Assembly: GCA_046482545.1 (NCBI GenBank)
Contig: JAWOEX010000010.1
Location: 79,849 to 143,848, forward strand
Direction: 5' to 3'
Source of the DNA: Candidatus Thorarchaeota archaeon
GTDB lineage: Archaea > Asgardarchaeota > Thorarchaeia > Thorarchaeales > Thorarchaeaceae
DNA length: 64,000 nucleotides
The notes under the pieces are model-generated. The model was not told the origin of the DNA. It saw only the letters and a program-made list of their open reading frames with translations, and did no database searches. This document shows, one piece after another, positions 56,940-64,000 of the stretch; the stretch's first letter is position 1; every line of letters begins with the position of its first letter. Both the position numbers and the translations under genes were made by a program.

Positions 56940-57317
56940 ATGGCAGAAATACCAATGGCTGATGCTGATGAACCGAGTGACAATAAGGGCCGTCCTCTTG
57001 GAATAACAGTTTTGGCAATTCTACAGATGATTGGTGCGCTGATAACATTAGGCCTGGGCGTGACAATCATGGCTTTCGGATCCATCTCGCCGTTCTATGG
57101 AATCATGGGAGGAATCTTGGTAATTTTTGGGCTTATTTCATTCTACGTTGGCTATGGTTTATGGACCATGAAATCGTGGGCTTGGAAGCTAGCCATGATA
57201 GTCAACATCATCAACATAGTAATTGGTGTGATAACCCAAAACTGGGTAGGTATCATCATTCCGCTAATCATAGTTATCTATCTGAACCAAGAAGACATCA
57301 AGCAGCGATTCAGATAA
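56940..57317 (+). CDS. Small membrane protein (3 TM; hypothetical)
   Basis: Hydrophobic helices (ITVLAILQMIGALITLGLGV and others). Confidence 0.5.
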   Translation: MAEIPMADADEPSDNKGRPLGITVLAILQMIGALITLGLGVTIMAFGSISPFYGIMGGILVIFGLISFYVGYGLWTMKSWAWKLAMIVNIINIVIGVITQNWVGIIIPLIIVIYLNQEDIKQRFR

Positions 57318-57492
57318 TCAGAGCGAGAACAAGCTTATTCCGGGCAAAAAGCTCGGCCCCTCTTTTTATTTCAGCAATTCTTTGTACTAGTGCATAGGCT
57401 AGTCAAATACTGTTACAATGCTGACTTGGTTCGCCATCACCGTCATGGCAGGACCCTTCTTGGGATTCAGCCGCGACATATTCTGGAGCAGG

Positions 57493-59085
57493 CTATGCAG
57501 GCTTCGGCCTGATATCATGAACTTCCATGAACTTCATGCCTCCTGCCTTTTCTAGTAGTTCCTCAAAGGACAACACAAACACGCGCGGAGTAACTTCAGT
57601 TGCGTTCTTGGTTACAGTTTGTATTTCTGAAACCAATGCGTGCTCATCAACTTCTTCTTTCTCGCTTGGGGCAACATAAAGGTTGAGTACGTCCATACTA
57701 TAAGGATCACTCATATCCTCCTTTGCCACTTCAATCTGCACTTCGTCGACCATATCTATTGAAAGCAAATCACTTCTCAGAGCAGTGAGATTCACCGTTG
57801 CCCCTTTCACTTTCTTCTCGCTCAACCCCATTATGTCAAGTTGAGCGCGAGCATCGTTTTCTCGGCCAATATCCCAGAAGTAAGGACCATCCATGCCACA
57901 ATTTGGACATTTGCCGCGCTCATGTTCAGCAGCTACATCGCCAAGCAGGAATCCTTCAACAACAGTGCCTGTGCCGTCGAGGTGGAAGAGGGTTACATGA
58001 CCCGGCTCGCCCTCGCTTACGAAATCGTATGTACCGTCATCATTGAAGGTGGCATACCTGAAAGCTAGCATCAATGGAGAAACATTGTGATACGGACCAT
58101 CCAAACCACATTGCACAGCAAACGAAATCTTCGTTTCTGACGAGGCATATCCTCCAACAACCCTAACTTCTTTCGCCCCCTTTTCTTTTAAGATGTGTAT
58201 CATGTCTTCAACTACAGGCGGATAGATTTTCTCGCCAGCTAGGAGAATAACAACTTTCTCAGGAGCATCATAGTCAGATTTCTCCATAGCCTTAAAGAAT
58301 CGATTCCGGAGGTAGCTAGGCATTCCGGCAAATCCGTTGGCCTTGAACACTTGTGCCATTTCTACCAGTTTCTCACTGGGTATGGCTCCCCCAGCGCTTG
58401 TCGCCAGATAAAATTTGGACATCTGCTTGAGACCTCGATTTACAGCATGCCAACCAAGATGGGGAGCATATGGGAAAAGATTCATGCTTACAAGCTCCCA
58501 GCCGCTATCTATCCACGGATCAACAGCCATCTGGCCAACCTTGACGCAGTTCTTTTGCAGTAAGTCATTGTCATGTCTTGTCAAGAACACAGGTGAAGGT
58601 AGTCCGGACGATCTACCCGAGCTAAGCCAAAATTGGAGTGGTGCATAGGTAGTGGTGACCTGTTCCCTTATTCGCTCCTCTGCTCCGTCCTTCCCTATGT
58701 GAAGCTTCACCCTGATACCATCATTGCGGAGAGTCTTATACTTGTCTTCATATCCAGCGGCCTTGTAGTAGTTCATCAGGTTGCGTACAATTTCAGAAGG
58801 CTCACGTTCTTTACCATCCACCTCAGACGGATTAAGCACAAATGACCGGAGATTATTTTTGTATTCGAGCTTCCGAACCAATGGTAGCTGATACTTGGCC
58901 CAGTCGTCTATACAGGTTATGTCCCAAGGATCCACGTCGTGTTCTTTGAACATCCTACGGTAATATGGATGATTGGGCCAGACTTGATAACGGATGAACG
59001 CTTTGAATTTCTTCTCCTGCATGCGCTGGATTTCTTTGTGGTTGGTCTTCTTCAGTTCTTCAAATGTGAATGTACTGCGGGTCAT
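57493..59085 (-). CDS. PaaK/coenzyme-F390-synthetase-like adenylate-forming enzyme
   Basis: N-terminus HPYYRRMFKEHDVDPWDITCIDDWAKYQLPLVRK (PaaK N-domain pattern) and SSGRSSGLP P-loop-like AMP motif. Confidence 0.65.
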   Translation of the reverse strand: MTRSTFTFEELKKTNHKEIQRMQEKKFKAFIRYQVWPNHPYYRRMFKEHDVDPWDITCIDDWAKYQLPLVRKLEYKNNLRSFVLNPSEVDGKEREPSEIVRNLMNYYKAAGYEDKYKTLRNDGIRVKLHIGKDGAEERIREQVTTTYAPLQFWLSSGRSSGLPSPVFLTRHDNDLLQKNCVKVGQMAVDPWIDSGWELVSMNLFPYAPHLGWHAVNRGLKQMSKFYLATSAGGAIPSEKLVEMAQVFKANGFAGMPSYLRNRFFKAMEKSDYDAPEKVVILLAGEKIYPPVVEDMIHILKEKGAKEVRVVGGYASSETKISFAVQCGLDGPYHNVSPLMLAFRYATFNDDGTYDFVSEGEPGHVTLFHLDGTGTVVEGFLLGDVAAEHERGKCPNCGMDGPYFWDIGRENDARAQLDIMGLSEKKVKGATVNLTALRSDLLSIDMVDEVQIEVAKEDMSDPYSMDVLNLYVAPSEKEEVDEHALVSEIQTVTKNATEVTPRVFVLSFEELLEKAGGMKFMEVHDIRPKPA

Positions 59086-59419
59086 TGTTCGACAAGCTCC
59101 GAAAGTTTCTACGTCAAGGTTGAGAGTTGATTCAACTAGTGAAAATAAAGATTGTGTGCCAAGTAGTTTGTCGAATTTACATCATGGGGTACCAACCAAT
59201 CTGAATCTATCTTCTTGCAACGTATAAGAGGCATACGGATAATATAAGAACACTCCATACTATCTAGGAAAGGGTTTGTTTTGGGAATATCGTACACGCT
59301 GAAAAGAAAAAGGTACGGATAAATCCTGCAGGTGAATCTCAAAACAGATTCCAAACACTATAATACACGAAACTATTATGAGTTTATCAAATCATGAGCA
59401 ATCATGGGGCGATTGATCA

Positions 59420-59848
59420 TTGTCCACCAGCGATGAAAAACTGCAAAACGCGATAATTCAGCTAGATCAGGGTAATGATAAGAAAGCGTTCAACCTGTTC
59501 AAGGAAGTGTACGAAGAAAGGCATGACAAGCTGATTACAAAGGTGCAGGAAAATCCTAAGTCGCCCACGCTTATGCTGGATTCCCTGTACATGGTTCACG
59601 CCCTAGTATGGCTGAGAGTAGCAGAAGCAGGAGTCAACAAAGAAAAAAGTATGGAACTCCTTGGCAAAGCAGTGGGAACCATTGAATCAGCCAGAGCCGC
59701 CTTTGGACCACTCGTTACTGGTTTGGCGCAATGGGCTCAGGAAAAGAACATACAAGTGGTGCACAAGAAAGCAAGAAGCTTGCTTGAAATCACCAAAGAT
59801 TTGGAAGACATGACCAAGAAGGCATTAGAAGCGCGACGTAAGATGTAA
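59420..59848 (+). CDS. Hypothetical alpha-helical protein
   Basis: ORF with TTG start. No motif recognised. Confidence 0.4.
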   Translation: MSTSDEKLQNAIIQLDQGNDKKAFNLFKEVYEERHDKLITKVQENPKSPTLMLDSLYMVHALVWLRVAEAGVNKEKSMELLGKAVGTIESARAAFGPLVTGLAQWAQEKNIQVVHKKARSLLEITKDLEDMTKKALEARRKM

Positions 59849-59954
59849 CCTGTGATGGAAACGTCTAAAAAACAGTAAAACTCGGGCGCTTTCACAAAGT
59901 CCATAAATATAAGGCAAACGCAAAATGCAATGTCTGAAAAGTGGAGGTCTATAA

Positions 59955-60203
59955 TTGATTACGGCTTTTGTCAGCATGTCAGTCACGCCCGGTTCTGATG
60001 AAGAACTGATTACTGAATTTGCTAGAGATGATATCGTTTCAGAAGCATGGCTCACCACCGGCGAATTCGATGTCCTTCTTATTCTAGAGGCAGCTGATCA
60101 AGAGGAAGTAAATAGCTACGTGAATAACACCGTACGCAATGTCGAGGGTGTAATCCGGGTAGTCGTTGCATTTGGCATAGAATCCGTGACGGACAGTGAT
60201 TAA
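59955..60203 (+). CDS. Stand-alone Lrp/AsnC-type RAM (ligand-binding) domain protein
   Basis: ITAFVSMSV...EFDVLLILEA...VEGVIRVVV beta-alpha-beta-beta-alpha-beta pattern. Confidence 0.55.
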   Translation: MITAFVSMSVTPGSDEELITEFARDDIVSEAWLTTGEFDVLLILEAADQEEVNSYVNNTVRNVEGVIRVVVAFGIESVTDSD

Positions 60204-60538
60204 AACCGATTCATGTATTCAGCCCATTTATCTGCAGGAAACCGTTCCTGCATAATCTCAAGCTCAGCAGAAAAAGAATTCTCTAAATCAACATCGAAAT
60301 GATTGGCTAGCTGAACGAATAGTGATAAGACTTGAGCAAATTCCCGCTCAATCTGATTCTTTTCTGGTTCGTCATGGCCAAGTCCAGTGGCTTTGTAGCC
60401 CTCTTCAATGAGGATATAGTCAGACAGCTCACCCAGCTCTTCCAAAAGATGAGTCATGACCAAAGAAGCTGAGAATTTGTTCCAGCCTCGTTCTGTATGG
60501 AATTGCTTCAGCATATTTTGGATATCGCTAAGATGCAA
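60200..60538 (-). CDS. MazG-like nucleotide pyrophosphohydrolase
   Basis: HLLEELGELSDYI and EFAQVLSLFVQLAN EExxE-type motifs. Confidence 0.75.
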   Translation of the reverse strand: MHLSDIQNMLKQFHTERGWNKFSASLVMTHLLEELGELSDYILIEEGYKATGLGHDEPEKNQIEREFAQVLSLFVQLANHFDVDLENSFSAELEIMQERFPADKWAEYMNRF

Positions 60539-61243
60539 TTATTTCACCTTCTCTGTGATATTCACCACTTGAGCCGCGGCTTGGTCAAGTGCCTCCTGAG
60601 GGGGTTCATCCAAGAATCCCAAGAGAGTATCTTTAGCTAGAGGCGTCCTATGAAGAAACATAGCTTCACTCACTCGACCCATCAACTCTGCCGGCGGTAA
60701 CACTCCCACAGCCATCCTCATTCCCGATTCGACTGAGTCGATGTTCGTAAGAACTCTCCAAATTCGGCTACCGTCAGTACATCTGCACGCTAGTAGATTA
60801 TCAGATTCCTCCACATCGGATACTTGAGTAATTTCAACACATAGAATATCTATAGCAAAGGCAGGATTCGGTGGCCGAGTTAAACGATTGTGGAAACCGA
60901 AAACAACCCTAAAGACATATTCTGTTTCAGCTAGTAATCTCTTCTCGCTGGTTTTTGTAGGTTTGAAACCACGCTCATCTCTTGCTGTGGTATAGATGCT
61001 CTTGAATTTCTTGATCGCATTAGTTAACGTCTTCAACGATTCGCTTGTTCTCAGCTCCTGTGGTTCCATATACGAGTATTTGATAGCATAATAGGCCTCT
61101 TTTGCCTCACCAAGTAAGTTGAGCAGTTGATTATAGTCGACTTGAAAACGCAATAGCCTCTTAGAAAATATGCCTTCTAGACGCCTCAGTGCATCTTCAA
61201 GTATCAATATTCGTGCATCTTTTGCAGTATCCAAGAAATACAC
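60539..61243 (-). CDS. Hypothetical protein, translationally coupled to the MazG-like gene
   Basis: ORF. Its stop abuts the MazG-like start (61243->60539 | 60538->60200). Confidence 0.5.
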   Translation of the reverse strand: MYFLDTAKDARILILEDALRRLEGIFSKRLLRFQVDYNQLLNLLGEAKEAYYAIKYSYMEPQELRTSESLKTLTNAIKKFKSIYTTARDERGFKPTKTSEKRLLAETEYVFRVVFGFHNRLTRPPNPAFAIDILCVEITQVSDVEESDNLLACRCTDGSRIWRVLTNIDSVESGMRMAVGVLPPAELMGRVSEAMFLHRTPLAKDTLLGFLDEPPQEALDQAAAQVVNITEKVK

Positions 61244-61457
61244 CGAAGGATGATTCTAGATTGGAGATAAAAAGGGTATCTCTGAATGTGAGTTTGCCAA
61301 GAAACAAAAATAATTTCACTCTGACCCTTCTGCGAGGCAGCGAGGCGTCTTAGGGAGCCCTCGGAGATATGACATACACCGTAAACCTATCCGGGCAAGT
61401 GATATATAGCCAAGAGGTTAAACCTATTCAGGCACAGGCAAGTGGAGATAGAGTGAC

Positions 61458-62075
61458 ATGATGCAAGCTGTTTACGTGCTGGTGGCTGACAGCGGCCTCT
61501 GCGTTCTGGACCGAAAGTACGGAACAGCAGAAATGGACCCAAATCTGATCAGTGGATTTCTCACTGCATTGATGCAGTTTGGAGATGAGCTTAGCTCGGG
61601 AAATCGTGTTCACGTTATTGACTTTCGTGATTTCGATATATGCCTCTCCTTGAGGAATAATATCATGGTTGCCGCGGCTATTGACAAAACTGATGATGGT
61701 AATGCCGCCATGGCTTTGCTTGCTGATATCAATAACGCATTCGTCAACAAATATTCGGATGTATTAGAGGGGTGGGATGGAAATCTTCAACCCTTTCAAG
61801 GATTCACTGAAACCATAGATGAGATTACGCAAAAGGGGAAAGCATCCGAGAAGAAGGTTATGGTGCCTATTCTTGACGGGAGAGTCTCACCTATGCTGGT
61901 TAGGCTGGGCCAGATGAAGCAGTCCACCTATGATGTAGCTGAGATGTGTGAGGGAAAATTGACTCCTAGAGCTATAGCTGACCAGCTTGGTGTCAAAGTC
62001 AAAGAGGTTCAGAAGAACCTACACAAGCTTGAAGACATGGATATGCTCGAATGGGTGGAAATTGGCAAGGAATAG
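61458..62075 (+). CDS. Roadblock/LC7-like N-terminal domain with C-terminal winged helix (hypothetical)
   Basis: AVYVLVADSGLCVLDRKYG...ISGFLTALMQFG...VHVIDFRDFDICLSL (Roadblock-like), then TPRAIADQLGVKVKEVQKNLHKLEDMDMLEWV. Confidence 0.45.
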   Translation: MMQAVYVLVADSGLCVLDRKYGTAEMDPNLISGFLTALMQFGDELSSGNRVHVIDFRDFDICLSLRNNIMVAAAIDKTDDGNAAMALLADINNAFVNKYSDVLEGWDGNLQPFQGFTETIDEITQKGKASEKKVMVPILDGRVSPMLVRLGQMKQSTYDVAEMCEGKLTPRAIADQLGVKVKEVQKNLHKLEDMDMLEWVEIGKE

Positions 62076-62143
62076 AGATATCCTTTAAGCAGTCTGATGC
62101 TGTATTCTTGATTTAAACAAATGTGATCGTTCTAGAACGACTC

Positions 62144-62911
62144 CTACTGTGCCTGTCCCCATTCATTACCTGTGGCAATAAGAATCAGACCAATAACTAT
62201 CAAGCCAGGCGCCAGTACACCAGGAATAGTGTAGGTTCCAAAAACGGAATCCATCAGGAAATGCCTTCCGGCGTGCACAACTCTGCCCGCAAATAGAACT
62301 AAGAATCCCAAGCCAAGCAAGAAATTCGACTTCCGCAGCATACCCCCTGACACCCAAGCAAGGTACCAGAATAGGAGGGGGATGAAGAGAGCGTATACAA
62401 CTCCTGCTAAACCTGAGAGTAGTAATCTCTGTATGTCGGTAAGCGGATAAAATGCAAGCACAAAACCAATGATGACAGCGGGAATAGCAAACAGGATTTC
62501 AGCCCCCCTCTGACCGAAAATCATGAACCCCGCCGTCGCAGACAGGATTGCTAAAGCCATCCACTGGAAGAAAGCCCCGGCACTAATCCATGGTGAAAGC
62601 TCAGGAAGGAAAGGATTCAATCCAAATGCAGGCAAATCTCCATATAGCGAGGTTGGATCTGCGTAGAAGTCACCCACAAAGTAGAAACATCGTCCAAGAG
62701 CAAGCAACAGGAAGAACAGTGCCATGGCGAGCTGGAATGGGTTTTTACTATGGCGATATCGGAAGAAAAGTAGGAACAAGAATATGAAGAAATAGTAGCC
62801 GACAACGAGGAACCATAGGCCAACATGCACTTCACGGATAACCAGATCTAGAGTTTGTAGCATTATGTGATATTCTCCTTTGTGGATTCGGTCAAAGTGT
62901 AGTAAGCACAA
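62144..62911 (-). CDS. Polytopic membrane protein (hypothetical)
   Basis: 7-8 TM helices. Confidence 0.5.
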   Translation of the reverse strand: MCLLHFDRIHKGEYHIMLQTLDLVIREVHVGLWFLVVGYYFFIFLFLLFFRYRHSKNPFQLAMALFFLLLALGRCFYFVGDFYADPTSLYGDLPAFGLNPFLPELSPWISAGAFFQWMALAILSATAGFMIFGQRGAEILFAIPAVIIGFVLAFYPLTDIQRLLLSGLAGVVYALFIPLLFWYLAWVSGGMLRKSNFLLGLGFLVLFAGRVVHAGRHFLMDSVFGTYTIPGVLAPGLIVIGLILIATGNEWGQAQ

Positions 62912-63035
62912 CTGTATACTCTACCAAGTATTGGAACCAACAAATAAAGATATTCTCTCTGGGGTGTATAAGCAAGTAATCCCTATATTATTATCATACG
63001 AAGCCTAAATTGCTGTCTGCTTGAGAGGAAGTAAC

Positions 63036-63431
63036 ATGTGGAAACTAAAAGGCACAAACAATGTTGAGGAGTTTTATGATATCCGCATGAAGGTGGGCAA
63101 CAAAATCATTCGGTCATATCTGCTTGACAAATCTTTCAAAGAGAACCGTGTCGACAAAACAAAGCTTTCTCTGAGGGGACCCAAGAATGATTTCTTTGAT
63201 GCAGCCAAGTTCTTGGTCGTGAGGATTCATAAAGATGATGAATCGTATGCCTTCTTGATTCAAGCAGGAGTCTATTCGAACCTTAGAATAGTTGGGTCTA
63301 ATTCAGAGAAAATCACCAGATTAAAGTCAGATGAAATAGTTGACCTGGTGACAGAACCTCTTGAGAATCCTTCCAAATACGATTGCAGAATAACTCTGAG
63401 TGATGACACAAAAGTAACCGCTTCTACCTAA
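63036..63431 (+). CDS. Hypothetical protein
   Basis: ORF only. Confidence 0.4.
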   Translation: MWKLKGTNNVEEFYDIRMKVGNKIIRSYLLDKSFKENRVDKTKLSLRGPKNDFFDAAKFLVVRIHKDDESYAFLIQAGVYSNLRIVGSNSEKITRLKSDEIVDLVTEPLENPSKYDCRITLSDDTKVTAST

Positions 63432-63477
63432 TCGACAAGACACTTGACGATAACCCAAGGGGAGGAGAGAACGAAAA

Positions 63478-63666
63478 ATGCTAAGGAAAGTCGTCTGTCC
63501 TGTGTGTTCAAAAAGTTTGGAAGTAAAAGTCACGAAGGACATGATTAAGGATGAGGAACGATTCCCCGTGACCGTTCGAATTGAGCACGGACAGCACTAT
63601 TTCTATGTAAACCTTGATAGCAAGGCGGCAATAACAGATATTCTGCATCCAGACCTTGTTCAATAG
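63478..63666 (+). CDS. Small protein (62 aa) with CPVC motif
   Basis: GGAGGAG RBS 9 nt upstream of the ATG. Confidence 0.35.
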   Translation: MLRKVVCPVCSKSLEVKVTKDMIKDEERFPVTVRIEHGQHYFYVNLDSKAAITDILHPDLVQ

Positions 63667-63668
63667 GC

Positions 63669-64000
63669 CTAACCAATGTATCTTTCGGGAGGTTTCTGGT
63701 CCACTTCACCAGATGATATTTCTCTCTGAGATAGCTCTTCCTCAGCCCATTCGATGAGCTCTTCTACGCGCCTTGTTTTCTCCTCAAGAATACTGAAATC
63801 AGCCTTCAATCCTACTAAGTCACTAAATCGTTCTACTAGAGCCTTTGAGGAACGGTAATCCAGCTTGACAACACCCAGAGTTTCTCCGAGAAGGCAAGCG
63901 CCCTCCATGTCATACATCGTTGCGGCCCATGAAGGAATAACACCATTGGCACCAGTGATAACACCATTCTCTGTTGCAACAGCACCAGGCATCTCCATTA
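63669..64000 (-). CDS. Partial CDS running off the window end; PAC2-like (proteasome-assembly-chaperone-like) C-terminal region
   Basis: GVITGANGVIPSWAATMYDMEGACLLGET pattern. The frame is open to the window edge. Confidence 0.35.
   Translation of the reverse strand, partial: MEMPGAVATENGVITGANGVIPSWAATMYDMEGACLLGETLGVVKLDYRSSKALVERFSDLVGLKADFSILEEKTRRVEELIEWAEEELSQREISSGEVDQKPPERYIG

Noticed and set aside
1-64000. CRISPR arrays, tRNAs, rRNAs, transposases/integrases
   Set aside because: No regularly spaced direct repeats were found. No T-loop-type GGTTCRAATCC contexts occur outside coding sequence. No transposase or integrase motifs were recognised.

Overview
This 64 kb window is a densely coded, mostly chromosomal archaeal segment with about 60 protein genes on both strands and short intergenic spacers. 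Several genes use TTG starts. No rRNA, tRNA, CRISPR array, transposase or integrase is evident. Many minus-strand genes end in G/C hairpin plus oligo-T terminators. Recognisable content points to an amino-acid/peptide fermenting metabolism. This includes a 4Fe-4S polyferredoxin with a tungsten-type aldehyde:ferredoxin oxidoreductase and a split Opp/Dpp peptide ABC transporter locus. It also includes a branched-chain aminotransferase, glutamate dehydrogenase, threonine synthase, phosphoserine phosphatase, an M20 peptidase, an inositol-monophosphatase/FBPase, a phosphoglucose/phosphomannose isomerase and UDP-GlcNAc 2-epimerase. Nucleotide metabolism is represented by dcd, a divergent Prs, a PNP/UDP-family phosphorylase, SurE and a MazG-like protein. 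Cofactor and maturation genes include LarB, a PP-loop ATPase, a PurM-like protein, an Mrp/NBP35 ATPase and a giant ChlI-ChlD-like fusion. Several proteins carry eukaryote-like signatures: an ESCRT-III/Snf7 homolog, a KRRIYD winged-helix (E2F/DP-like) coiled-coil protein, a Roadblock/LC7-like plus wHTH protein, a histone-fold miniprotein and a HEAT-repeat/HhH protein. Taken together these look like an Asgard-type or related archaeon; that is inference only, as no taxonomy can be verified here. The most unusual element is a tandem pair of DapA/NAL-family class I aldolases, each fused at its C-terminus to a formaldehyde-activating-enzyme (Fae) domain (7422-10302). A second is a ~320 bp GC-rich ORF-free block at 37505-37830 that is probably a structured ncRNA. 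A third is a membrane-anchored ChlI-ChlD fusion. All assignments come from motif recognition by eye; no database searches were run.
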